Assembly (NCBI GenBank): GCA_951406725.2
Contig: OX597817.1
Coordinates: forward strand, 71,486,001 to 71,550,000
Direction: 5' to 3'
DNA from: Octopus vulgaris
Taxonomy: Eukaryota
DNA length: 64,000 bases
Below the pieces are notes generated by a model. That model was given only the letters and a program-made list of their open reading frames with translations, was not told the origin of the DNA and searched no databases. Position 1 is the first letter of the stretch; the number at the start of each line of letters is the position of its first letter. Of the stretch, positions 26,986 to 40,401 are shown piece after piece. The position numbers and the translations under genes are program-made.

Positions 26986-27599
26986 AAAGAAGGTCAACTT
27001 GAAAATAGCCCCATTGAATAAATCACAACAACGAGTGCAATGTTTCACCCACAATGTAATGCCGTTTAAACACTCCTCCGAACAGTCGTTGATTGAGTTT
27101 AAGGCTCACGTGACTTCACTGATTTATTTGCCCCCTCACCCCACATTTTTTTACGTATTCTTGCATACGTCTACATGTAAGTGGTATTGAAACAGAATGT
27201 TATTCAAGACATTAAGAAGAATACTGAAGGTTTTGTCTTACTTGTTCCTATCAAGAGACTCTAAGCAATAGTCAGGAAGTCACAGACACCTGACAACCCC
27301 TGGCAAAAGTTAAGATGTGGCTCACTATTATGATCATCTTGAGTTCTACATCCACTTTCCTTGCTGGCATAAATTGGCTGCGGAATTTCTGCCCTACTAC
27401 ATTGGTCAGAAGACCCATTATTTTTGGCATGGTTTTTTTACAGCTAGATGCCCTTCCTAACACCAACCACTTTACAGTGTTGTTAACAGAAAGGCATGTG
27501 GATGTAGAAAATCTGCCTCAATGAGTTTCATGTGCCCCATGCAAGCTTGGAGAAGTGGCTGATAAAATGACGATGATGATGATAACATGTGTATATGGA

Positions 27600-28428
27600 C
27601 TGTGACTGCATAAGCTTGAAAGAAAGGAAGCTAGTATGCTTTGCTGGATGTGCAATGCCAGTGTGCATCAACGACAGAGTGTAAGCATCTTGAGAGAAAA
27701 GCTGGGCAAAAGAGGCATCAGATGTGCTGTGCAAGACTGCATTGGTATGGTCATGTGATGCATATGGGTGTGGACAGTTGTGTGAAGAAGTGCCGATCTC
27801 TACAAATGGAAGGAAGCTGTAGGAGACGGAGACCCAGGAAAACATGGCATGAGGTGGTGAAGCATGATCTTCAAATGCCAGGCCTCATGGAAGCAATGAC
27901 TAGTGACCGAGACCTTTGGCGATATGCCATGCTTGAGAAGACCTGTCAAGTCAAGTGATATCATAGCTGTGGTCGTTGTCAGTGTCACACAACTGACACT
28001 CATGCCTGAGGCACGTAAAAAGTACGTTCAGAGCGTTGGGCGTCACAGAGGTAATGTGGCCAAATGCTGGCATCGCAAAACTAGCACCATGCCAGTGGTA
28101 CATGGAAAGCACCTTTCAAATGCTGGGCTTCAAGGAGGCAATGACAAATGACCAAGACCTTGGCAATATGTACTTGAGAAGAAGACCCATCAAGCCAAGT
28201 GAAATCATAGTTGTGGCAGATACTGGTGTCATGCAAACTGGCAACTGTGCTGGTGGCATGTAAAAGTACCCATTACACTCTTGGAGTGGTTGGTGTTAGG
28301 AAGGGCATCCAGCCATTGAAACCATGCCAAATCAGACTAGAGCCTGATGCAGCCACTCAGCTTACCAGCTCAGGTCAAACTGTCCAACCAAATCCAGCAT
28401 GGACAACAGACACTAAATGATGATGATA
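27600..28428 (+). mobile_element. RTE 3' fragment
   Basis: LHWYGHVMHMG...RPRKTWHEVVKHDL followed by the family tail. Confidence 0.85.
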
Positions 28429-31409
28429 TAACAAATGCAGGAGTTATATGTGAACTACTTCAAGTTTCATGTTTGGATAGTGCAGTAATCAAATGGGCAT
28501 GATATGGCAATCACTAAGACTCAAGTGACATCACTACTTCATGAGGGACTATGAGAAAAAAGGAAAGCAAAAAAAAAAAAAGAGTCCAAATTATATGAAA
28601 AATGAGAAGAAAATGTTGTAGGAAAGGAAGATAGAAATTATGTCCCTTTAATCCATTAGATGAAGAATGTAAATGCAGACTATTTACATCTAAACAAACT
28701 ATCCTTAGTGGGAGTAGTAAAATGAAAAGCTTAAAGTGTATTAGACTTGTGCTGAATCTGTCTTGATAAGAGAAACTTGTTGAGATGCATACATCTTGCA
28801 AAAGTTTCCTTCTTTGATTTTAGAAGGTCAGTGAAATCCTTTGATCTAATATAGATATATGTTCTTTCAGCTATACAAAACCTTCACTTTTTGACCCATT
28901 ACTTTATGGCCTAGATCTCTCTGTAATATTCCACTTGATAGTGTGTGGAATATTGTTGTCCATCAGGTCTCAGATATGACTTGCCAGCAGCTTTATTATG
29001 TGCTTAAAAGAAAACTGATGGTTGGTGTATCTTTGTTTGAAATCACTTTTGCTCAGTTCAATACATTTTTCTTTTGTTTCCCTTATTTGGTGGAACAAAA
29101 GTGACCTCAGTTTCATAGATAACTGAGCTAGGTTGATTTGTTTGAATAAAATTTCTCAAGGCAGTCTCTCAATATGACCACCGTCTAATGACCGAAGCAT
29201 AAAAGAATATTAACAATACTCTTCATTAAATGCATTAGAGGAGCATAATCTTTATCCTCCTTTCCCTTTAAATTTTCCTCTCAAGTATGAAACTTGAAGT
29301 ACTTCATACATAATTTGTATATTCATTAAATAAATTGCTGGATTCAGTGCTTTTTTGCCGATCTTACCAACAAGCAAACAGTACACCATTTATATAGGTC
29401 ATTGTTGACTTAAACCACAATTGGTTCGACTGACTGGTTATAAGTTGGCCTATAAGCCTACATAGATTTGTTTTATATTTTTACATTCGTAAGGTACGTT
29501 CTCACAGCATTATGTATTATACTTTTATACTGGCATTAGTCAAAAATTTTGGAGTTTCAAGCAGTCATCTTATAAACAAATACAAGGTTGCCTCGATGTC
29601 TCCATGACGGGATAGTCACCCAACACAGTGGCAATCAATAACCAAATGTAGGGGAAGCATTTATTAGCTGACATCATCTATAGTCAGGTTAATCTCTAAG
29701 AAATTAAGCCCATTAGATTTCAAATGGACTATTTATTATTGCTGCCAGGAGCTGGCATGTCAATCATCGTAAAATCGATCAGTTGTAAGTTGATGACAAC
29801 CTGTATATGTATATGATAAGTTTCTTTCTGATTCCCTTGACCCAGTTCCCTCACAAGACTTTGATCCCCCAGAAGTAATAGAGCTTACCAAAAGGTGCTA
29901 CATAGTGGGAGTGAACCCAAAGCCATATGATGAAGAAGCAAACTTCTTAACTTACACTGCCATACCTGAGTGTTATAATCTCTAAGTCTTACAAATCACT
30001 TAAAATTTATTGTTTTATTTCTTGACCCTTTCTTATGCCTTCATTATGACACCTCATCATATGCTGTGAATATCTAGGCTAATCTGTCATAGTCATTGCA
30101 ATCACCATTAATTAGGGTTTTATAATGATTTTCCTTTTGTAAACAAATTTTGAGGGTCATTGCATATTCAAATCTCCAAGCTTGTGAAATCTTTTGCAAA
30201 ACTGAAAGCTTATGGAAAAAAGTGAAATTGTCATATTTTTGTTAAATGATGTTGTACTAGCTAAAATAATATACATATTCATTTCTTTTCCCTATAATTC
30301 TCTGAAAAGCCAAAGATTGCATGACTGTCATCTGTTTGAAACCATCCCATTATAAAGCTTTGCTGAGGAATATTGGAAAGCAATATGGAAAGCAATCCCA
30401 ATTTGGAAACAGGAACTATGTTCTTAAGATACTACTGTTTCACCATGTCACATTTCATCAACTATGTTGCACATGCTATCCTAATTTTGCTTATTGAGAT
30501 CCCATCCAATCCAGTTTTCTTTCCTGGTCCAAGAGAATTGACGTTTTTCAGCTCATCCACAGTGAATTAATCACTGCTAATCCTAATAAAGTATAGTGAT
30601 AGCAGGGGTGTATATTCTAGGCAAATTCCTTATAAATATTAACCTTAATCATTAATTTAACCACAAATCTTGATGGAAAACTTTTGTTATACCCCTGCTT
30701 GAAATTTGGTGGCAACACACCCAAAACTACAACCACTGAGTGATAGATGTATCTATCCATGTCACTCAAGATTGGAAGGTATCTTGGTAAATCCTTATAG
30801 TACATGAATCATGCTGACACCTGGTTTCAAAGATCTTCCCTCTAAGTATTTCCAGGCATAGCTATGAGGTTATAAAGTTTGCTCCCAGTGATGTGGCTTT
30901 GGATTTAGTTCTGCCATGTGGCACATTGGGCAAGTTCTACATCAGGCAGATCTACATCAGGCAGATCAAATCTGTGTAAGTGAATTTGTCTGGAAGCTGA
31001 AACAAGCCTATCATACATATGGGTGTGTTTGTGTTCCTCATCTCGTTTTTGCATGATAGTTATAAACCAGTGTCACCATCATAGAGGTGATGCCAGCTTT
31101 TATTGTTTTCACATGAAAAAATATCTCCAGCTATGCAGAAATATTATCATGTTTGGAAACAGGTGAGGACTGGTGACAGAAATGACATCTTATTGTAGAA
31201 AATATACCTCAACAAATTCTGTCTGACCCAAGGAAGAAAGTAAAAGTGGATGCTAAAATAATGATAATGATGATGATGACGATACACAATATGAAGTTAT
31301 TTGCTATCTTCACATTTATCTACTTGAAGAAAGCGTTTAATTCAATTCAATGAATGGTGATATGAAAGCACAACTAGTTGTGTCCTGTATTGGAGGTAAC
31401 ATATACATA

Positions 31410-32303
31410 TGCTCTGAGTGTGTAGCTGCTAGAATAATAATAGCCTGGGCAAAGTTCAGAGAGTTCCTACCTCTGCTGGTGACAAAGGGCCTCTTGCTCA
31501 GAGTAAAAGGTAGACCACATGACGCATGTGTGCGAACAGCCATGGGCTGTGACTGCTGAGGACATGCATCAGCTTGCAAGGAATGAAGCTAATATGCTCC
31601 GCTGGATGTGTAATGTCAGTGTGCATACACGACAGAGTGTAAGCACCCTCAGAGAAAAGTTGGACATAAGAAGCATCAGATGTGGTGTGCAAGAGAGATC
31701 ACTGCACTGGTATGATCATGTGTTGCATATGGATGAGGACAGCTGTGTGAAAAAGTATCACACTTTAGCAGTAGAGGGAACCTGTGAAAGAGGTAGACCC
31801 AGAAAGACCTGGGATGAAGTGGTGAAGCACAACCTTCGAACATTGGACCTCATAGAGGCGATGCCAAGTGACCGAGACCTTTGGAGACCTTTGCTGTGCT
31901 TGAGAAGACCCGGCAAGCCAAGTGAGACCGTAACCATGGCCAGGCCAGTGCAGCATAACCAGCCTATTAAAGAATACCCTTCCCATCATTTGCCAATAAA
32001 CTGTGCTTGCAAAGACCTGTTTAGCCAAGTGAAGTCATTGTCATAGCCAATGACAGTACTGCCTGATTGGCACCTGTACTGGTGGCATGTAAAAAGCACC
32101 ATTCAAGCGTGGTCAATGCCAGTACCGGCTGACTGGCCCTCGTGCCAGTGGCATGTAAAAAGTACCCACTATACTCTCAGAGTGGTTGGCATTAGGAAGG
32201 GCATCCAGATGTAGAAACTTTGCCAGATCAGATTAGAGCCTGGTACAGCCTTCAGTCAAACCATCCAAACCATGCCAGCATGGAAAGTGGACGTTGAACA
32301 AAA

Positions 32304-32338
<35 letters not shown>
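31410..32338 (+). mobile_element. RTE 3' fragment
   Basis: IAWAKFREFLPLLVTKG, RNEANMLRWMCNVS, GRPRKTWDEVVKHNL, (TGA)n tail. Confidence 0.9.
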
Positions 32339-33093
32339 ATCTTCATTATATAAAGGCCCTTCAAATTCCATCCCATTTTCACAGAGATATTGTAAAAAGT
32401 ATAACTAATTTAATTTTGGATTCATTATAATGCCCTTTTTGTGGTAAATGCCTTGCTCACAAGATTTGGCAGAAAAGGTGGGATACACTACCAGAAAGAC
32501 TGAAACTGAGAACAAATGAAAAGATCCACCAATTTAAATATCAGCAGAATAACTGACACTAACAAAACCAGCATTTATTAATTTTTTGTGATTATTTCAC
32601 TGGAATACAATCTGAAAACAATTATAAAAGCAAAAGCAAAACAAACAATAGAATAATTTGACTATCTACAAATGCTGAATGGTGGACATCAGGAATTCAC
32701 TGTCACCACCACTACCACTATGCTCTGAGAAAAATGTTAAATTATACATTATACTGGGTTAAATAGAAATTTAATATTCATTTGATTAAGTACTATGGTT
32801 AACAATTTTTTTTTATTATAAACATTCAATTAGGCACATTAGGCACTCTGTGAACAGGAATCCATGTTAGAACAAATGTCCACAGGCCCACCTACAGGAC
32901 TTGAACTAATTATCTCTCATAATCCAGTCTAGGAAACCATGCTAGCTATTACACCATAGTGACCAGGTATAATTGTTTCATCTAATTTAGTATCCATAAA
33001 GTATCAGTATGTCAACTACATTGTTAATAACTGTCTCGTTTAACAAAATTTCATTGTCTGAAATTCTCAATGTTATTATGATTTTGAAAGATA

Positions 33094-33971
33094 CAAGGTA
33101 GTATCAAAAAGTTCTCAGACTAGTTATGTTTAATAAAAAATAACTGATTTACCAAATTTTTACATTATCCCCTTTGAAATAGTTACCTTGTGCAGCAATA
33201 CACCGGTCCCAGCATTCCTGCCATTTTTGGAATCTGGCCTAGAAGTTGATTTCTGTAAGTGAGTTGAGGCCCTTCTGCAATTCACACTTGATCTCTACAA
33301 CAGTGTTAAAATGGGAAGATGATAGAACACCACAGGTGCTAAATCTGGTGAACAGGGTGGGTGCGGAAGTGATACCATGTTGATTTTAGCAAGAAACTCA
33401 TGAGTGAGGAGAGCTCAGTAACAGGATGATTTGTCTTTGTGAAGAATCCAATTCTTCTCAGATGCTAGGATTACCTGCATGGACCTATATGACAGACCAA
33501 CAACATCAGTAATGTTGTTGATTGTCCTCTGATGATCCTCATGCACAAGCTGATGAATTTTCACCACATTATCGGAGGTGACACTTGTGGAAGTTCTTCT
33601 ACATTGCTCATCATCTTTCAGGGAGGTTCTTCTGCTTTTGAAGTGTCCGTGCCACTCAAAACATGGTGTACAACATATTGTCTCATCACTGTAGGCTTAC
33701 TGAAGCATGCTCAATGCCTCTGTAAGAAGCCTCCCACATTTAGTGCAAAATTTCATGTTAGCTAGTTGGTCAAATTTCCTGTCCATGGCAAAAATCGCAG
33801 ACAAAAATACAGTATGCATGTGATCATAAAAACACAAATTTCCCAATTTGTGAAGTAAACAGCAATTTCACTCGGCACACTGTCTCATGAAGGTCACTGC
33901 ACATGCAACCATGTGCTGCCAACTGTTGGCATGCTACAGAATTAGTTCAGGAAAATTTTGATACCATCTTG
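33094..33971 (-). mobile_element. Internally deleted mariner element
   Basis: TIRs CAAGGTAGTATCAAAAAGTTC / GAAAATTTTGATACCATCTTG; minus-strand remnants HPPCSPDLAPVVF and FQKWQECWDRCIAAQGNYFKG. Confidence 0.8.
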
Positions 33972-35141
33972 AACTATGGGATATTAATATTAGTAGAATA
34001 CAAGGCAATGAATTGGCAGAATCATTAGCATGCTGGGCAAAATGCTTTGTGGCATTTCATCTGTCCTCACATTCTAAGTTCAAATTCTGCTGAGGTTAGC
34101 TTTGCCTTTCATCTTTTCACTGGGGTCAATGTCATCAAAAAACTGATGACCTTGTGCTAAATTTGAAACCAATATTAGTAGAAATTGATAAAGGAAAATA
34201 GTTGAAGTTTTTGATTATGAACATTGAATTAAATTAAATTAGACACTTTAGAGACACAAATCCATGATCAAAAAATGTGCATGTAACTGCCCATGGAATG
34301 GAAACAATATATCTTGCAATCCAGACAACTATACTATCCTTTGGAACAAAGCAAGCATGCACACCCTCTCCAAACAACTTAGTGCCCTAAAACCATACAT
34401 TTCTGAGAAACATACTTATCTTATCTCCCACCCGAGAGACATTCAAGTTCTGTTGTCTAAATTCACAAGATTTAAACATTAGAGTGATTATACTTCCTGC
34501 CCCAAACTCCTAAATCAACCAACCCTAAGTTGCCCAACCCTATAAGGAAGGGAAAAGCTGCTTATTCCCAAACTCCTCCAGCAGGAGTTTGCTTAACTCC
34601 TTGAATGCCATTGTGTAGAATGTATTTGCAAAACCCTCTAGATGCATAGTCAAGAATAGGTGTTTTCCTAGTACCCTAATTGTCAAGAAAGAGTGTTTGC
34701 ATAACTCCCTAAACATCACTAAATAGAAAGTCGCTGTAAATCCCACCATCTTAATTTATGATTTATGAAGCTGCTAAAGATACCAAAATAAAGCAAGTGA
34801 AAGAATTTTGACTAAAATGATATTTCAAATGTTACCAATAACTATTTCAAATTTTTGACACATGCTCAGCAGATTTAGTGGGAGGGGAACGATCGATTAC
34901 ATCAACCCCAGAACTTGACTGGTACTTTATTTTATTGAATACATAAAGATGGAAAGCAAAGTTGACTTTGGCAACATTTGAACTCAGACCATAAAGAGCT
35001 GGAAGAAATGTTGTTAAGCATTTAGTCCAGTCCAATGTGCTAATGATTCTGCCAACAGGAAAAGCCATTTTGGTATTCCAGAAATGAAAAACCAGAATTG
35101 GACATTTTTCAAAAACATTATTTGATGATCCAAATAAGATC

Positions 35142-36650
35142 ATCATCATCATTTAGCATCTGCTTTCCAGGCTGGCATGGGTTAGACAGTTTGACTGGAA
35201 CTGGTAAGCTGGAGAGCTGTACCAAGTTCCCATCTGATTTTTAGCTTGGTTTCTATGGCTGGATGCACTTTCTAATGCCGACCACTCCAAAAGTGTAGTG
35301 GATGCCTTTAACGTGTCACCAACATGGGTGCTTTTACAAGTCACTGACTCCGGCCACAACTATGATTTCACTTGATGAGTCTTCTCAAGTACAGCATATC
35401 ACCAAAGGTTTAAATCACTTGTCATCCCCTCCGTGAAACCCAACTTTTGAAGATAGTGCTTCACCATCTTGTCCCATGTCTCCTTGGGTCTACCTCTTCC
35501 ACAGGTTCCCTCCACAGTTAGAGATTGGCACTTCTTTACACAGCTGTCCTCGTTCATATGCTATACATGACCATACCAGCACAGTTGCCTCTCTTGTACA
35601 CCACATCTGATGCCTCTTATGCCCAATTTTTCTTTTAAGACACTTACACTGTCGCACATTCACACTGATATTGCACATCCTGTGAAGCATACTAGTTTCA
35701 TTTCTTTCAGGTCTTCGGATGTCCTCTGTGGTCACAGCCCATGTTTCACTGCTGTGTAACATGGCTGTTCACACATAGGCATCATACAATCTGCCTTTCA
35801 CTCTGAGGAAGAGGCCCTCTGTTACCAACAAAGGAAAAAGCTCTCTGAACTTTGCCCAGCTTATTCTTATTCTAGCAGCTATGTTCTTGGAGCATCCACC
35901 TCTGCTACTGACTTGGTCACCTGGATAACAGAAGCCATCAACTAATTCTAGGTGTCAATTTTCTGTACATTTCTACTGTTAATTGTACCTGTGTGCCTGC
36001 CACACACAAAAACTAATTTCTCTGTTAACCTTCCTTTGATATTGTTGTACCTCTAATGTATCCATAACTTGCACCGAATACATCTTATGGAGTTTCTACC
36101 TTCACCTTTTCTACATATCGAGATTTGAGATTTGTCCACTTTCCTACTTACTAAGACTTTTGTTTTTGCTAAATTAACCCTAAGGCTCTTTGATTCTACA
36201 CCTCGCTTCCATATCTGAAATTTCTTCTCTGGTTCTGGTAATGATTCAGCTATAAGAACAAAGCCATCAGCATACAGGAGCTCCCAGAGGCAGCTTGACT
36301 TAAATTCCTCTGTTATTGCCTAGAGGGCATGATGAACAAGAGGAAGCTGAGAATTGACCCTTGGTGATCTACTTGTACCCTGAATACATTGCTATACTCG
36401 TTGCCAACCCTCACGTTACTAACAACATCTATGTACTTGGCTTGCACAGCTCTCACCAGCCACTCATCTATCCCTAGTTTCTGCATTGATCACCAAATAA
36501 AGGAGCAGAGAAACCTCTTGAAGGCTTTCTCCAGTACAGAGGTTTATTTTTGGCTAGGTACTTCTCCTGCTGTTGTCTTACCAGGAATATAGCATCAGTG
36601 GTGCTTCTCCCTGACACAAAACCAAACCACATCTTACCTAGATTAACTCT
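35142..36650 (-). mobile_element. RTE LINE fragment (RT + PHD + 3' UTR)
   Basis: FGFVSGRSTTDAIFLVRQQQEKYLAKNKPLY, LWELLYADG, PHD remnant, MLHSSETW, family tail. Confidence 0.9.
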
Positions 36651-37181
36651 CTTCAAAAACAATATTCAACAGTCCCTTTCAGTTTTCAAGTATGTATATG
36701 TACAGTTCATATTCAAATTTCAACACAGAGGTAAGTTTAGCCCCAGTTGAACCTGAGAAAACATATGTTTAACAGCATTCCTGTTGCAACCATTCTGGGT
36801 TGTTTCTATTTTTTAAAGCCAAAATGTATCTTAAACTACATTATCCTTTGTTTCTTTACTTATAAAAGAGTTAATATAACTTATAGACTAGGAATTGTAA
36901 TCCCAGATGTTTAAAATAAAAATCTAAAGCCATTCTCATGAAACAGACAATTAAATAAAGAAGTAAATGAAATTCTTATTTTAAAATGCTAGCAATTATT
37001 CTATGCCTCTCTTCTTATAACATAGCTAAAGTACCCATATAACTCAGAGGTGAGGTAAAATGCATTCACAGCATGGATGTAAATGAAAGAAATGTAGTGG
37101 TTCAGTAAATACCTTGCAAAAATGGGATATAAGAAATTGAGAAATCAAGAAAAACTAATTAACTTAATTAGTTTTTTTCAG

Positions 37182-37415
37182 TCATCTATGAAAAACTTCA
37201 AGTTTGCTGTAGATGACTCTAGTGACAACATTGTGTTTGAAGAGAACCAAGAAGCAAGTGGAGAGAATCGATTAATCAAAGGGGGAACTCTCCTAAAACT
37301 TGTCGAACGACTCATGTACCATATGGATGCTGATCCCAAATTTGTACCGACATTCCTTACAACCTATAGATTCTTCTGTACACCACAAATGCTGTTGGAT
37401 CTTTTAATTGAATGA
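37182..37415 (+). pseudogene. SOS: Orphan exon of a Son-of-sevenless Ras-GEF (REM/RasGEF-N domain), apparently non-functional
   Basis: [14 protein letters not shown]...[47 protein letters not shown] matches my recollection of SOS1 FAEPDSEENIIFEE...[48 protein letters not shown]. Acceptor TTTTTTTCAG precedes it; it ends TG|ATAAG (no GT, in-frame TGA). Confidence 0.85.
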
Positions 37416-37719
37416 TAAGATTAAGATAATTCCCTTTCAAAAATTCAGTTTGATAAGTTATAAACCAAAAATGTATTATATACTAAAGTTAAGTTTATCC
37501 TAAAACAATTCACCACTTACATTAATTTTATTAAAAATAAACATCACAGATGTACATACACACTCCTTTATAATGTTATTTTTTATGAAATACACAACCT
37601 GTTTATTTCAGTTGAATTTAAAATTAATCAAGAATTTAGAGGAATTTAGAGTAAAATAACTAAGTTTAATATTATTATTATTATATGTTTGATGTTTTCT
37701 TTGTAATTCGACAAGCTGA

Positions 37720-38195
37720 CTCCAAGTCTCACCCAGAGACCTCAAGTTAGAAGTTCAAGCTGGTGTTATGCCTAGGGTGTCATAAATTTGGTTTTGCACA
37801 TAGTATTACTCGAGAGAATGTTTAAGAAAACATAAGAAAATTATAAGTTTATTTTAAAATTTGAGATTACATAGACAGAATTTTATGTAGGATATGGGCA
37901 GTTCCTATGAATATTATCTTTTGAATTTCTGCCATTTTGGGGTTTCCTGGTATCTGATGAGCTAGATAGGAATCAGCCCTTTTGCTGTCATTCCTAGGGC
38001 ACCTATGACAACAGGTATTGTTTTAGTATTGAGGTGTTACATTTTGCCAGTTTCTACTTCAAGCTCTTTATACTTGCTCAGTTTTTAGTAGGTCTTGACA
38101 GATACATTTATGTCGATTGGGACAGTCATATCAATGAGGGGGAATGATTTTTGTCTGAAATCTTTCTGGCCTATTTGCTCCTATGTTTTTGTCAG
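37720..38195 (-). mobile_element. 3' end of a restriction-like-endonuclease non-LTR element (R4/Dong-like)
   Basis: LIDMTVPIDINVSVKTY*KLSKYKELEVE...TIPVVIGALG...PGNPKMAEIQK...GTAHILHKILS. Confidence 0.7.
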
Positions 38196-38229
38196 TTGTT
38201 TGTTTGTTTGTTGCTGTTATTGTTGTTAA

Positions 38230-39040
38230 GAAGGCAGCAAGCTGGCAGAATCATTAGCATGCTGGATGAAATGCTTAGTGGTATTTCGCCTGTTGGTACG
38301 TTCTGAGTTCAAATTCTGCTAAGGTCGATTTATCCTTTCAGGGTCGATAAAATAAGTACCAGTTGGACACCAGGGGCAATGGAATCAACTCATCCCAACC
38401 TCTCACCAAGCTACCCTGGTGGCAAAAATTTGAAATAATTATTATTATCAGTTTGTTGAGTGGTTAGGAAGGGCATCCAGCTGTAAAAATCCTGCCAAAA
38501 CAGTTACAGAAGTCTGGTGCAGGCTTCTGCCTGGCCAGTTCTTATCAAACCATCCCACCAATGTCAGCATGGAAGGTGAACGTTAAACAATGATGATTAT
38601 TATTAAGAAGGTAGTAAGCTGGCAGAATCGTTAGTGTGCTGGACAAAATGTTTAGTGGTATTTTGTCTGTCACTATCTTCTGAGTTCAAATTCCGCTGAG
38701 GTCAACTTTACCTTTCATCCTTTCAGGGTCGATAAAATAAGTACCAGTTGAACACTGGGGTTGATGTTATTAACTGATCCCCTCCCCCAAAATTGTTGCC
38801 CTTGTGGCAAAATTTGAAACTATTATTATTATTATCATTAAGCTAAGACAATGAAATGGCATAATTGTTAGCACACTAGACAAAATTCTTAGTGGTGTTA
38901 CATTCTGAGTTCAGATTCCACTGAGGTCAACTTTGCATTTTCTCCTTTTGGGGCTAATAAAGTAAGTATCATTGAAGCACTGGGGTAATTGAGTATCCCA
39001 CTGCCTTGAACTTCTTAGCCTTGTGCCAAATGTTGAAATT
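38230..39040 (+). mobile_element. Cluster of three degenerate tRNA-derived SINEs plus an RTE tail
   Basis: Repeated AAGGC.G..AGCTGGCAGAATC.TTAG...GAGTTCAAATTC.GC..AGGTC.A.TT...AAGTACCAGTTG units at ~38230, ~38607 and ~38845. Confidence 0.8.
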
Positions 39041-40041
39041 CATATTACTATGATCCCATCACCTTTAAACAGAGTCTGGACAGATTTCTTCAAGGAATAC
39101 TGGAAAAGGCACCCATACCTGGATACAACTCACTCAACAAGAACTCACTACTTGAATGGACCATAAACAAAACTTGACTTAAACAGGATTTAGATAATCC
39201 TATCAGGTGGTGCTATTAAGTTAGACATAGCCTGGACCAATCTTTGGTCAAAATATATCTAAGTTTTATTAAGTTAGCGTCTGAGCATAAAATTATGGTG
39301 CAAGGTTTAAATTTAAATTATTTGCATTTTAAAATGATAAATTTTGTATAATGAGACCAGCGTAGTCTCAGACAAGTGGATTGATATAAAAGAGTTAATG
39401 GTTTGTAAAGAATGAACTTTGAGCTGACAGCAATTGGAATCAAAATCAAACGAGACGGAATTAAAAGGCATACATTTATCTTTTATCTTTTACTTGTTTC
39501 AGTCCCTTTTGACTGCGGCCATGATGAGGCACTGCCTTGAATTTTTAGTCAAATGAATTGACCCCAAGCCTGGTACTTATTCTGTCGGACTCTTTTGCTG
39601 AACCACTAAGTTATGAAGATGTAAACACACCAACACTGGTTGTCAAGTGGTAATGGGGAGACAAACAGAGACACAAAGACACACACACATAGATATATAT
39701 ATATGTTGTGGCCAATGACAGTACCGCCTGATTGGCACACATGCCAGTGGCATGTTAAAAGCACCATTTGAGCGTGATCATCACCAGTGCTGCCTGTCTG
39801 GCTTCTGTGCCAGTGGCACACAAAAAACACCATTCAATCATGGTCGTTGCCAGTGCTGCTGTCACATAAAAAGTACCATTTGAAACTTCTCAAACCCTGC
39901 ATCATCCACTTGCAACAAAGACACCACACTGATTCTTATGGACAGAGGATTCAAAAGCATTCTCGAATGGGAATATGCTAATCTTCTCTCTTTCAACAGT
40001 AAGAAAACACAATTGCTACACATACAAAGAAAACAACATTG

Positions 40042-40168
40042 TATTATCCTGTCCTGTACGAGAGGAACCGCAGGATCAGAGCAACAGTTTGCACGCTGTG
40101 TTTGCAGGCTACCTCTGAGCGATAACGGCTGAACGCCTCTAAGCTGGAACTGTAGCCGGACCTGAGTT
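40042..40168 (+). pseudogene. Large-subunit (28S) rRNA fragment including the sarcin-ricin loop, retro-inserted
   Basis: ATCCTGTCCTGTACGAGAGGAACCGCAGGATCAGA...GCTACC.CTGA..GATAACGGCTGAACGCCTCTAAG follows the order of eukaryotic 28S AATCCTGCTCAGTACGAGAGGAACCGCAGGTTCAGA...GCTACCATCTG..GGATTATGACTGAACGCCTCTAAG. Confidence 0.85.
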
Positions 40169-40169
40169 T

Positions 40170-40401
40170 AAGGTGGCGAGCTGGTAGAAATGTTAGCACA
40201 CCGAGCGAAATGCTTAGCGGTATTTCGTCTGCCATTACATTCTGAGTTGAAATTCCGCCGAGGTCGACTTTGCCTTTCATCCTTTTGGGGTTGATAAATT
40301 AAGTACCAGTTACGCACTGGGGTCGATCTAATCGACTTAACCCCTTTGTCTGTCCTTGTTTGTCCTCTCTATGTTTAGCCCCTTGAAGGCAATAAAGAAA
40401 T
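40170..40401 (+). mobile_element. tRNA-derived SINE with AATAAAGAAAT tail
   Basis: AAGGTGGCGAGCTGG head, B-box-like GAGTTGAAATTCC, tail TGTCCTTGTTTGTCC...AGCCCCTT...AATAAAGAAAT; TSD AAGAAAACAACATTG at 40027-40041 and 40402-40416. Confidence 0.9.
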
